DNA from: an uncultured bacterium | GTDB lineage: Bacteria; Babelota; Babeliae; Babelales; Babelaceae | Direction of reading: 5' to 3' | Assembly (NCBI GenBank): GCA_963713855.1 | Contig: OY970209.1 | Coordinates: forward strand, 1,088,001 to 1,152,000 | DNA length: 64,000 nucleotides | Shown: positions 31,601-40,910 of the stretch, piece by piece | Layout: each line of letters opens with the position of its first letter | Position numbering within the stretch: the stretch's first letter is position 1 | The notes under the pieces: generated by a model | The model's database searches: none | Told to the model about the DNA's origin: nothing | What the model saw: the letters and a program-made list of their open reading frames with translations, nothing else | Made by a program: the position numbers and the translations under genes

Positions 31601-31943
31601 TAGGAAAGCCTTGATTAAGCGCTATAGCCGGTGTAGCCATATATAAGCTATTGGGTGAAAATGCTAGCGATATCGGTTGAGCAACTCCTGGAAGAACGTT
31701 AGAAGGAAAACCGGTTAAAGTTCCTTGCGATGTCACCGCGAATGTTGCTATGTTATCTGAGAGGCTATTAGCAGTTGTCAGGGATAAGCCGTTTGGTAAA
31801 AAAGCAAGGCAGGTAGGGCCGACCGGGTTGGAGGGCATCGGAAAATTAGTTCCAACTAACCTACATAGAGCAGAAATTCTGCTATCTGATAACATGAAAA
31901 AAGCAAAAACAAGGAGTACATATTCGATAGTCTTTTTCGTCAT
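28641..31943 (-). CDS. Membrane-anchored beta-propeller repeat protein (14+7 blades)
   Basis: Likely start MTKKTIEY (31943, GAGG upstream). Cys-bracketed 14 blades plus the 7-blade module, TM, tail RQRDGSVNFAGKESMETL. Confidence 0.9.
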   Translation of the reverse strand: MTKKTIEYVLLVFAFFMLSDSRISALCRLVGTNFPMPSNPVGPTCLAFLPNGLSLTTANSLSDNIATFAVTSQGTLTGFPSNVLPGVAQPISLAFSPNSLYMATPAIALNQGFPNEYGIIVYQVVASGDVTSVGDSYSSLPTGSMKPVGLAYSPNNLYLATANQGSSDVTIFSVGSGGVLSGAVSYALPSGSQSPNSVVFSPNGSYLATANELSNNVTIFTVGAGGALSAATSYSLPSGSTSPKSVVFSPNGSYLATGNGSTNVTIFQVNSGVLSGSVSYALPSGSSCNSVAFSSDGLYLAAATSLNNVVVFNVGAGGVLSTSATYTLPSGSTGSQYVAFSPNNAYLATANYNSNDITLFTVGAGGILTAATSYSLASVSTQPFKVTFSPNSSQLVTANPNVNSITVFGVETDALNSGTLYALPSGSLFPLSVSFSPNGALCATANYNSDDITIFNVNAGVLTTGTSYALPAGNTGPYSLAFSPSGNYLAVANGLSATVTMFSVGVGGALTVVASYTLPGGALDPLSIAFSPTGAYVATANAASNDVSIFAVGAGGTLSSISTYPLPAGSLSPHSVAYSPNGLYLALANLISNDVTLFNVGAGGVLSGAISYPVNTGATNSVSLTFSPDGAYLVTADYGSNDLTTFTVAGGILTNPVTYSFPQGSAYPNSVAYSPTGSYIATADTSGAVTLFACGNFTSTGASYPLPSGSHEPDAVAFSHNGVYLATANYNSSDVSLFITNTTNGVDTISKGSSFSLPSGSSHPSAVAFSIDDTYLAVANSQSNDISLFKVIGQLLTAAQSFALPAGSLGPTAVAFSPNNTYLAVANDNSNDITIFNVVGQTLSGGASYALPAGSTKPVSITFSPNGAYVATANFNSNDVTFFTLTDGVPNGGTSYTLPHGSTAPQSVLFLPSLNSLYLLSANSGSNDITSFTVNGGTLSSGLSYHLPQGNAQPSSIAGSPQNSYIATANSGSSTVVVFNVTNGVIGQGTTYDLPGNSSNCVAIAFSPVLSNNGNIFYGTANKGSDDVSLSTILGTQSGGGSGGSDTPLGLIIGLSLGIPVGLTLIVAAGTLTGYLIYRYTHRQRDGSVNFAGKESMETL

Positions 31944-32107
31944 TCCATACCTCACCACCACCTCTTTGACCGATCGAATTACCTGGAGACTTTCGCGATG
32001 TGTGAAATAGCAGAACATGGAAAAACTAAAAAGTCAAGCCAATAAAGGCAACATTAAAGCCCCTGTCTGAATTATAACTCGGCGCCGACTAGTTCATACG
32101 GCATGTT

Positions 32108-32300
32108 TTACTTTTTGCTGAAATTAACCATTTTAAATCCGCGATGCCTGAAGTTTATAAACAAGAAAAACGCTTATTCCTGCAACCCTTGCTAAAAATA
32201 CAAGTGCGGTCGGAACACCTATGGCGACTCCTACGATAGTGCCCAAAGGCAGTTTTGTGTCGTGGTCAGTGGACGCACTAACCATCTCGGTCTTCGCACT
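32108..32300 (-). pseudogene. Relic of a propeller gene TM anchor and tail
   Basis: KLPLGTIVGVAIGVPTALVFLARVAGISVFLVYK (in track ORF 32133..32384), then MVNFSKK* in a shifted frame. No blades upstream. Confidence 0.75.
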
Positions 32301-32503
32301 TTTAAAACATACGGTAAGAAATCGCAAATTGCGGCTTCTTACCGTAATTCCTTCGCTCATTAATGCTTGCTCTATACGATACATTTTTTCGTCTTTACAT
32401 TTGTTTATTGGAGATCTAGAATCAATCCGATTTCAAAAAATGTTTGCAAAATGAACCTCCACTTTTTAAGTGAAGATATATTTTACAAGGGAGAGTTACA
32501 TTA

Positions 32504-34777
32504 ATGAATAAAAAGATACTTCTAGGTTTAATCCTGAGTCTGGCGGGAAAAATGCAAGCGAGCATTACGTGTACCGCTCAGACGCACGGGCCCTATACTT
32601 TGCCTCTTGGCTCCGTAGATTGCTCATCTGTAGCGTTTTCCCCGTCAGGAAATTACCTAGCAAGCGTCGGCAATCTTGCAAATACTGTCACTATACTAAG
32701 CGTGGGAGCAGGGGGAGTTTTGAGCAGTAGCGCTTCATATGCTATACCAAGCACCTCAGAAGGACCTATATCGGTTGCATTCTCTCCATCAGGAAATTAC
32801 CTTGCTACTGCTAATTACTACACGAATGATGTCACTGTCTTTGCCGTAGGCGCCGGAGGAGTATTAAGCCCAGGTGTATCCTATACTTTGCCTGTAAATT
32901 CACTGTCTCCTTACTCAATAGCATTTTTGCCATCGGGCAATTACCTTGCCATAGCTAATCAACTTTCGAGCAGTGTAACCATATTTACCGTAGGAGCGGG
33001 AGGGGTGCTGAGTGCGGGGAATTCATATGCTTTACCGCCGGGCTCATCTTATCCCACCTCAGTCTCAATCTCACCATCGGGTAATTATCTTGCTACGGCT
33101 AACTCGAACTCAAACAATGTAACCGTATTTACGATAGGCTCGGGCGGCACATTAAGCAATGGCGTGTCTTATGCTTTACCTTCCGGTTCCACCATTCCTG
33201 AGTCAGTAGCATTTTCTCCATCGGGCAATTATCTTGCAACAGCCAATGCAGGCTCAAATGATGCTACCACTTTCGCTGTAGGATCTGGTGGGGCTTTGAC
33301 TAATGCGACATCCTATCCTTTGCCTACTGGGTCTGCAAATCCTGACGGGATAGCATTCTCACCATCTGGTAACTATCTTGCCGTTGCCAACAAAAATTCA
33401 AATGACGTTACCGTATTTGCAGTTGGATCAGGAGGCGCATTAAGTGCAGGCACCTCATATCCTTGCCCAAATGCCTCAGCTCCTTTCTTCGTGACATTCT
33501 CGCCATCGGGTAACTATATCGCTACCGCTAATTTTAATTCTAATAATATTACTACTTTTACTGTCGGATCCACAGGGGTATTAAGCGGTGGTGAATCATA
33601 TCCTTTGCCTGAGGCTGCTATAAATCCCGATGCAGCAGCATTCTCATCATCAGGAACTTATCTTGTTACCGCTAATCGCGCCTCAACTAGCACAACGGTG
33701 TACAATATTGAACCAGGAGGATCCTTGAGCGGTGGTACTTCCTATCGTTGTCCTGGTGGATGCGTTCCTGTAGGGGTAGCATTCTCTCGATCGTGTGCTA
33801 TTCTCGCTCTTGCCAGTAGCTCGGGCATTAATACTTTTACGGTTGGATCGGGGGCCGCTTTGAGCCCTGTCGCGACCTACAGCGGGCCCGCTGTATCTTT
33901 GCCGAATTCAGCGGCATTCTCTTCCTCAGGAAACTATCTTGCTACGGCTAACCCTAGCAATCACTATGACCCAACAAGCGATGTCGTCGTATTTACTGTC
34001 GAAAATAACGGTACATTGAGCAATGGTGCAGCTTATGCTATACCTTCTACCATGTCTGAAACCCTATCAGTAGCGTTTTCTCCCTGCGGCACGCATCTTG
34101 CTGCAGCCAATTACGGCTCAAATGACGTTACCGTATTTGACCTTGGGCCAGGAGGCGTGTTAAGCGGAGGAAAATCCTATCCACTACCTGCTGGTTCTAC
34201 CCAGCCAATCGCCGTAGCTTTCTCGCTTGACGGGAACTATCTTGCTACGGCAAATCAAGGCTCAAATGATATCACGCTCTTTACAGTGGAGTCTGGGGGA
34301 ATTTTATGCAGCAATATGTCCTATCCCTTACCTGCTGGCTCTTCATCGCCGTCATTTTTAATATTCTCGCCCTCAGGCGATTTTCTCGCTAGTATCAACT
34401 CTGCGGATGTCACCATATTTTCCGTTTCATCAGGTGCTTTGTGCTCCGGCACTTCCTTTTCGTGGCCACTAACAGCATTAAGTCCATTATCAGCAGCGTT
34501 TCTTTCTCAAACAGATGACTATCTAGCTATTGCAAGTACGAGTTATAGTTCTATAGGAGTGCTTACTCTTAACTGTTCTACTCCAACCGTGTCTTGCACG
34601 CAAAATTCGTATTGTGTTCCGGTAAATTCCCCTTGCAATACGTCATATGTCCCCTGTAATATATCGAGCTCCTCACAGAATTCAGCAAGTAGCAGTGCTA
34701 GCACGAGGCCCTCCACTTTGTTGCTTATAAGCTCTTACTTGACCCGTTTGAGTAAATTATTTGCTTTAAGCTCATAA
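32504..34777 (+). CDS. Beta-propeller repeat protein (14 blades) with atypical Cys/Ser-rich C-terminus
   Basis: Signal peptide and 14 Cys-bracketed repeats. It lacks the conserved 7-blade module and the TM/VNF tail, and ends in a Cys-rich then Ser-rich then semi-hydrophobic segment. Confidence 0.88.
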   Translation: MNKKILLGLILSLAGKMQASITCTAQTHGPYTLPLGSVDCSSVAFSPSGNYLASVGNLANTVTILSVGAGGVLSSSASYAIPSTSEGPISVAFSPSGNYLATANYYTNDVTVFAVGAGGVLSPGVSYTLPVNSLSPYSIAFLPSGNYLAIANQLSSSVTIFTVGAGGVLSAGNSYALPPGSSYPTSVSISPSGNYLATANSNSNNVTVFTIGSGGTLSNGVSYALPSGSTIPESVAFSPSGNYLATANAGSNDATTFAVGSGGALTNATSYPLPTGSANPDGIAFSPSGNYLAVANKNSNDVTVFAVGSGGALSAGTSYPCPNASAPFFVTFSPSGNYIATANFNSNNITTFTVGSTGVLSGGESYPLPEAAINPDAAAFSSSGTYLVTANRASTSTTVYNIEPGGSLSGGTSYRCPGGCVPVGVAFSRSCAILALASSSGINTFTVGSGAALSPVATYSGPAVSLPNSAAFSSSGNYLATANPSNHYDPTSDVVVFTVENNGTLSNGAAYAIPSTMSETLSVAFSPCGTHLAAANYGSNDVTVFDLGPGGVLSGGKSYPLPAGSTQPIAVAFSLDGNYLATANQGSNDITLFTVESGGILCSNMSYPLPAGSSSPSFLIFSPSGDFLASINSADVTIFSVSSGALCSGTSFSWPLTALSPLSAAFLSQTDDYLAIASTSYSSIGVLTLNCSTPTVSCTQNSYCVPVNSPCNTSYVPCNISSSSQNSASSSASTRPSTLLLISSYLTRLSKLFALSS

Positions 34778-34840
34778 ATAGTAAAATGAGGCTAAGATAA
34801 TGCTGTCCCAAAAAAAGGTTATGGAAAAAAGGATCTTAGG

Positions 34841-37800
34841 ATGATGCGTAAAACAATTGTGTATAAGTGTGTGTTTGTAGTAAATGCTGCCCTTATGCTG
34901 CTTACTAGTTTACCAATTCGTGCTTTAACCGAAGTTAGCTATGCTTTGCCGGGAGTTGCTCTCCACCCCCAGGATGGTGTTTTTTCTCCTAACGGTTCTT
35001 ATTTTGCAACCGCTAATGGTAATAGCGTATCGGTTTTTAACGTATCAGCACAAGGCTCATTAGTAAACGGTTTTTCTTATGCGTTACCGCCTAGTCCCAC
35101 CAAGCCGAGTCAAGGTGTGTTTTCAACAGATGGCGCCTATTTCTTTACGGCAAACGGCATCACTAACGATATTACTGTATTTAGTGTGGGCACAGGGACA
35201 TTGACCGAGTTGGCTTCCTATTTATTGCCAGTCACGTCAACAGATCCTGGCGGCATAGCCATTTCCCCCAATGGGTCTTATCTTGCTACCTGTAATGGTA
35301 CCAGCAGCGATGTCACTATCTTTGCTCTAGAAGGTAGTATTCTAGGTGCCGGTATTTCCTACCCTCTGCCTGGCAGCTCTACTCTGCCATATGCAATAGC
35401 ATTTTCGCCGAATGGTAATTATCTTGCCACCGTTAACGGGACGAACGATGTTACCGTATTTAGCGTGCAAACAGGAGGCGTATTGGGGCTTCCCACTTCA
35501 TACAGTTTGCCGGCTGGTTCCGGCTATCCCATAGCGATTGCATTTTCGCCAAATGGTTTATATCTTGCTACGGCTAATCCAAATTCCAATAATATAACGG
35601 TTTTCGACTTTGGGGCTGGAGGAGTTCTAACGGCAGGCACCTCTTATTCGCTGCCTGCAGGTTCCCAATCGCCTAACTCTGTCTCATTTTCACCTAATAA
35701 TGGCTATCTTGTAACTACTAATTTTACTTCAAGCGATGTAACCGTATTCAAGGTGCAAGCTGGTGGCGCTCTTACAGGCGCAACTTCCTATGGATTGCCT
35801 GCAGGTACTACAGTGCCTAACTCCGGAATGTTCTCACCAGACGGCTTATATTTTGCTTCTGCCAATACTAATAGCAGTTCAGGAGGAATTGCCAGCGTAA
35901 CAACATTTAGCTTCGGCTCAGGCGGAGCTTTGAGCGGCGGTATATCGTATACGCTCCCATCGAATTCCACCGACCCTGTTTCTGTTGCTTTTACTCCAAG
36001 CGGCTCATATCTTGCCACGGCTAATTTTAGCTCAAAGGATGTTACTATCTTTAGCGTTGCGTCAGGAGCATTGAGTGGAGGATTGTCCACTCAGGTCTTA
36101 TCCGAAGCCACCGAAAGCGTGGCGGTAGCATTTTCTCCTAACAGTCAGTACATAGCAGTTGCGGCCGATGTCGCAAACGAAATAGTTGTGTTTCAAGTAG
36201 GAGCCGGCGGCATCCTAAGCGGAGCTACCTCATATACGCTTCCTACAGTCTCTTCGGGGCCATCAGGGGTGGCATTTTCACCAAATGGCTTATATCTTGC
36301 TTCTGCTAATCAGTCGCCTCAGGGAGGTGTCACGATCTTTCAAGTGGGTTCAGGAGGTACATTGAGCGGAGCCACTTCATATACGCTTCCGGCAATTCCT
36401 TCAGGTACTGCCGGCGCAACGGCTGTAGCATTTTCGCCTAATGGCTCATATTTAGCAACGGCCGATCCTTTCGGGTACGTGACGATATGTCAAGTTGGAG
36501 CAGGAGGCGTCTTGAGCGGAGCTACATCATATGCGCTGCCAGGTTCAGCCACGCCTTCTTCTGTGGCGTTTTCTCCAAATGGGTCCTACCTTGCCACGGC
36601 CAATTATAATTCAAACAATGTAACGATGTTTACTGTCGGGGCTGGGGGCGCACTGAATAGTGGAACAAATTATCCAATGCCATCCGGTTCTATGGGCCCA
36701 GACTCGGCCGTATTTTCAACGGACAGTGCTTATCTTTTTACCGCTAACTTGTCGTCATTCAATGTGACCGTGTTTAATGTTGGAGCGGGTGGTGTTTTGA
36801 GCAGCGGCACATTATACCCACTACCTTCAAGTTCGGACGGGTCAAGCTCGGTCGCAATTTCCCCGAATGGGTCGTATTGCGCAATAACTAACGCCGGCTC
36901 CTCGGACGTTGACGTGTTTACTCTATCCGGAGGCGTTTTGAGTCAAGCAGCCTCCTATCTTTTACCACCATTACCGGTAAGTTCTCGTCAGCCAGCTGCT
37001 GTTTCTTTTTCGCCAAATATCCTCTACTTAGGAACTGCAAATTTTGCATCAAACGATGTATCGCTTTTTGACGTAAATCTCAACACCAATAACAATACGC
37101 TCACTTTGGGAGCCCGAAGATCGTATCCGCTTCCTTACAGTTCGGGAGCTTTGTCCTATCCAACTTCAATAGCATTTTCCGAAGATAGCTTGTTTGTAGT
37201 GACCTGCAATCAGAATACCAATGACGTTACCGTCTTTCCGCTTGCAGGAGGAATCTTAACAAAGCCAACTGCATATGCTTTGCCTGCAGGATCAGTTCAA
37301 CCTTCATCACTGCGATTTTCCCCAAACGATCTCTATCTTGCAGTTGCCAATCGCGGCTCTAATGACGTAACCATTTTTAGCTTTACTGCCGGAGTCCCAA
37401 GCGGGGCTGTTAATTATCCTTTGCCTGGAGGATCTTCTCTGCCGGCGGCGCTTGCGTTTTCGCCCGACGGCGCATATCTTGCGACTGCTAATTATGGCTC
37501 AAATGACATCACTCTTTTTCAGGTTATGGGAGGCACTCTTAATAGCGGTACTTCACAGCTGCTTCCAGTTGGCTCGACGGGTCCCCAAGCAATTGTGTTT
37601 CTCATCCCGATCGGTAACAACTACGTTATTTTTACAGCCAATGGCAACTCTCATGACGTCACTGCGTTCAAGTTGCAGTCTGGATCGTTGAGTTCCGGAC
37701 TATCCTATCCTTTGCCCGCAGCAGACCTTAATCCCCAATCAATCGATGTTTCGCCAAGCGAAGGATTCTTGGCCACCGCTAACAGTGCTTCAAGCACCTT

Positions 37801-38173
37801 TACTCTCTTTGCGCTCGATCAAGGCGCTCTGTTCAATGGTACATCATTTCACTTGCCCAACAATTCGCTACATTGTGTTTCAGTCAATTTTGCCCCGGTT
37901 GCTAATACGACAAACAATACATACCTAGCGACGGCAAATTTTTATTCGAATGACGTGTCGATTGGCAGCCTGTTTGGAGCAGGCGATGGCTCAAATAGTG
38001 GTGGAACAGGAGACGGAGGTAGTAATCCTCCTTTAGGCGTCATTATAGGTGTATCCGTAGGAGTTCCCGTTGCTCTAGGTGCCCTGGCTATTGCGGGTGC
38101 AGTCACGGCTTTCGTGCTGTATAAATTCTGGCTTTATAAACATCGTACTTCGCTTGACTCTGTTAGCCTTTAG
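34841..38173 (+). CDS. Membrane-anchored beta-propeller repeat protein (21 blades)
   Basis: Signal, 21 repeats, GDGSNSGGTGDGG linker, TM, tail KHRTSLDSVSL. Confidence 0.9.
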   Translation: MMRKTIVYKCVFVVNAALMLLTSLPIRALTEVSYALPGVALHPQDGVFSPNGSYFATANGNSVSVFNVSAQGSLVNGFSYALPPSPTKPSQGVFSTDGAYFFTANGITNDITVFSVGTGTLTELASYLLPVTSTDPGGIAISPNGSYLATCNGTSSDVTIFALEGSILGAGISYPLPGSSTLPYAIAFSPNGNYLATVNGTNDVTVFSVQTGGVLGLPTSYSLPAGSGYPIAIAFSPNGLYLATANPNSNNITVFDFGAGGVLTAGTSYSLPAGSQSPNSVSFSPNNGYLVTTNFTSSDVTVFKVQAGGALTGATSYGLPAGTTVPNSGMFSPDGLYFASANTNSSSGGIASVTTFSFGSGGALSGGISYTLPSNSTDPVSVAFTPSGSYLATANFSSKDVTIFSVASGALSGGLSTQVLSEATESVAVAFSPNSQYIAVAADVANEIVVFQVGAGGILSGATSYTLPTVSSGPSGVAFSPNGLYLASANQSPQGGVTIFQVGSGGTLSGATSYTLPAIPSGTAGATAVAFSPNGSYLATADPFGYVTICQVGAGGVLSGATSYALPGSATPSSVAFSPNGSYLATANYNSNNVTMFTVGAGGALNSGTNYPMPSGSMGPDSAVFSTDSAYLFTANLSSFNVTVFNVGAGGVLSSGTLYPLPSSSDGSSSVAISPNGSYCAITNAGSSDVDVFTLSGGVLSQAASYLLPPLPVSSRQPAAVSFSPNILYLGTANFASNDVSLFDVNLNTNNNTLTLGARRSYPLPYSSGALSYPTSIAFSEDSLFVVTCNQNTNDVTVFPLAGGILTKPTAYALPAGSVQPSSLRFSPNDLYLAVANRGSNDVTIFSFTAGVPSGAVNYPLPGGSSLPAALAFSPDGAYLATANYGSNDITLFQVMGGTLNSGTSQLLPVGSTGPQAIVFLIPIGNNYVIFTANGNSHDVTAFKLQSGSLSSGLSYPLPAADLNPQSIDVSPSEGFLATANSASSTFTLFALDQGALFNGTSFHLPNNSLHCVSVNFAPVANTTNNTYLATANFYSNDVSIGSLFGAGDGSNSGGTGDGGSNPPLGVIIGVSVGVPVALGALAIAGAVTAFVLYKFWLYKHRTSLDSVSL

Positions 38174-38412
38174 CAATCAAGATCCGATAAATGGGAAGAC
38201 CATTCATCCCTAGGCTTGAAACAGAACAGACGTACATTTTTTACCAACTATCTAGAAAAGTTTACTAGATTATGAGTGATAAAATATTGTTTTGATTTAT
38301 TTTATTTCGCTTTACAATTGTTATGACAGAATCTAGAATAACATTGGTTTTCAAAAATGCTCGTAAAGCAATATACTTCTTGAACAAAGGAATTTACGCT
38401 TCTCGTTGAAAA

Positions 38413-40698
38413 ATGGTTAGAATGATGGCAGTTATCTCGCGCCTACTCAGTGTTGTGCTTGTTTTCTCTATGAATACAAATCTGGACGCTCTGTGTTCTC
38501 TTGCTGGTACATCTTACGGTTTACCGTCAGGCTCTACAGGACCTTATTCAGTAGCATTTTCCCCCTCAGGAAATTACCTTGCCACTGCTAATCAAAGCAC
38601 AGGTAATGTAACCATATTTACCACAGGCCCGCAAGGGGCGTTAAGCGCAGGCGCTTCCTATGCTCTGCCTTCAGGCTCTACATCGCCCTATGCAGTAGCG
38701 TTCTCTCCTTCCGGAAATTATCTTGCTACGGTTAACTTTGGCTCAAATAATGTAACAATGTTTACTGTAGGGTCAGGAGGGGCGTTAAGCGGAGGAACAA
38801 CCTATGGATTACCATCTGGCTCTAATGCGCCTTATTCAATAGCATTTTCGCCCTCGGGAAATTATCTTGCCATCGCAAATGGAGGATCGAGTGATGTGTC
38901 AGTATTTGCCGTAGGAGCGGGAGGCGCATTAAGCGGAGGAACAAACTATGCATTGCCATCGGGCTCCATAGAGTGCGAATCGGTAGCATTTTCACCATTA
39001 GGCAATTATTTGGCTACCGCTAATCCTGGCTCAAATGATGTGACACTATTTACTGTAGGAGCGGGGGGAGCGTTAAGTAACGCGAAATCTTATCCCTTAC
39101 CTTCGGGGTCTGTAGGACTTTATTCATTAGCATTTTCGCCGAATGGGTCATTTCTGGCCACTGCTAATTACAATTCGAATAATGTAACGATATTTACAGT
39201 AGGAGTAGATGTATTAAGCGGAGGAACGTCTTATGCTTTACCTTCTGGTTCTACACAACCTTATGCAGTGACATTTTCACCATCAGGCAATTATTTAGTT
39301 ACCTCCAGTTCCTCCACAAATACTGTAACCCTATTTACCGTAGGAACTGGGGGAGTATTAAGCGGTGGAACCTCCTCTGGTTTACCTGCTAATTCTTCAC
39401 AACCTTATTCAGTAGCTTTTTCACCGACAGGCAATTATTTTGCTACCTCTAATTATGGCTCAAATAACGTCACGGTATTTACAGTAAGCTGTGCAGGCAC
39501 AACGGGCCCAGGTACTTCTTATCCTCTGCCATCAGGGTCTAAGCAGCCTGACTCTATTGCCCTTTCACCTAACGGGCTCTATCTTGCAACAGCCAACTAC
39601 GGCTCTCACGACGTAACATTATTTAACGTTACTCTTCAGGGTACAGCAACACTTAATGCAGGAATATCCTACGCGTTGCCATCTAACTCGTTTGAGCCGA
39701 CAGACATAGCTTTTTCTTCTCAATCCGCGTATCTTGCAACGGCCAATAGCAATTCGAATGATGTAACACTCTTTACCATTAATGAGGGACAGTTACAGCA
39801 AGGCACATCATATGGTTTACCAGCAGGCTCTTCAAGACCGACTGCACTTGCTTTTTCTCCTAATGACCTTTATTTAGCAGTTGCCAATAGTAATTCGAGT
39901 GACGTGACCATTTTTAGTGTAACAGGTGGAACTTTAACAAACCCTGCTTCTTATCAACTACCAATCGGGTCTTTATATCCTGTTGACATTGCTTTTACAC
40001 CTGATAGTAGTTACCTTACAACAGCAAATGCCCATTCGAATGGAACCACTATTTTCAAGCTGTCATCCGGTTCGCTCGTAAACGGTTTTTCTCAAAAACT
40101 TCCAAGCGGTTCGAGTAAACCTGTCTCGCTCGCTTTCTTACCCGGTTCAGGCGTGCTTCTTCTTGCTACGGCCAATGAGGGCTCAAACGACATAAGTATC
40201 CTAAGCTTGCAAGGCAGCAACTTCAATGCTCTTGAATCATATCCCATCCCTGTTGAGCCCGTTGCCATTGCTGCCTCACCGAACGGAACCTATCTGGCTC
40301 TTGCTCAGAGCATTTTGAATGGCATTACCATTCTTAACGTTAATAACAACACGGTAATTCAAAACGTCTTTTATTATTTGCCCGACAATTCAAGCGATTG
40401 TCAGGCTATCGCGTTTTCTCCAGATGGTGCTTATATTGTAACAGCTAACTTTGCTACAAATGACGTCTCGCTCGTTCCCCTTCTTGGCAGTACTGGGGAC
40501 GGAAGCAGCACATCCGGATCGGGCGGTTCGAGTAACAACCTTGCTATTATTCTCGGAACAACATTAGGAACAGGCGTTGCTTTTGTAAGTGTGGTCGCTG
40601 CTATTGCTGCTTTTTCGGCATTTACTTACTGGCGCCATACGCAAAGGATAAAAAAGTTGTCAAGCCTGACAGGAGCCCTAGCCGTCGACCAAAATTGA
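38413..40698 (+). CDS. Membrane-anchored beta-propeller repeat protein (7+7 blades)
   Basis: Signal, Cys-bracketed 7 blades plus 7-blade module, GDGSS linker, TM, basic tail lacking the VNF motif. Confidence 0.9.
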   Translation: MVRMMAVISRLLSVVLVFSMNTNLDALCSLAGTSYGLPSGSTGPYSVAFSPSGNYLATANQSTGNVTIFTTGPQGALSAGASYALPSGSTSPYAVAFSPSGNYLATVNFGSNNVTMFTVGSGGALSGGTTYGLPSGSNAPYSIAFSPSGNYLAIANGGSSDVSVFAVGAGGALSGGTNYALPSGSIECESVAFSPLGNYLATANPGSNDVTLFTVGAGGALSNAKSYPLPSGSVGLYSLAFSPNGSFLATANYNSNNVTIFTVGVDVLSGGTSYALPSGSTQPYAVTFSPSGNYLVTSSSSTNTVTLFTVGTGGVLSGGTSSGLPANSSQPYSVAFSPTGNYFATSNYGSNNVTVFTVSCAGTTGPGTSYPLPSGSKQPDSIALSPNGLYLATANYGSHDVTLFNVTLQGTATLNAGISYALPSNSFEPTDIAFSSQSAYLATANSNSNDVTLFTINEGQLQQGTSYGLPAGSSRPTALAFSPNDLYLAVANSNSSDVTIFSVTGGTLTNPASYQLPIGSLYPVDIAFTPDSSYLTTANAHSNGTTIFKLSSGSLVNGFSQKLPSGSSKPVSLAFLPGSGVLLLATANEGSNDISILSLQGSNFNALESYPIPVEPVAIAASPNGTYLALAQSILNGITILNVNNNTVIQNVFYYLPDNSSDCQAIAFSPDGAYIVTANFATNDVSLVPLLGSTGDGSSTSGSGGSSNNLAIILGTTLGTGVAFVSVVAAIAAFSAFTYWRHTQRIKKLSSLTGALAVDQN

Positions 40699-40740
40699 AT
40701 CAACATTGAAAACTAAATTTTAGAAATAAGCACCGTAATC

Positions 40741-40760
40741 CTCCCCAATTCATTGGGGAG
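40741..40760 (+). terminator. Hairpin downstream of 38413..40698, possible terminator
   Basis: CTCCCCAA-TTCA-TTGGGGAG stem; no clear T-run follows. Confidence 0.35.
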
Positions 40761-40910
40761 ATATAAGGAGCGGCGCCGAAGGCGAAGTTGTTGAAATTGT
40801 TAACCATATGTAATAGAATAGTTGTCGCGCATCCAAAACGTGCTCCAGCAGACATATGTCCTAATCGATAAGTTAAAATCTAAAAGAGATGTAAAAAAGA
40901 AGAGTGATTT

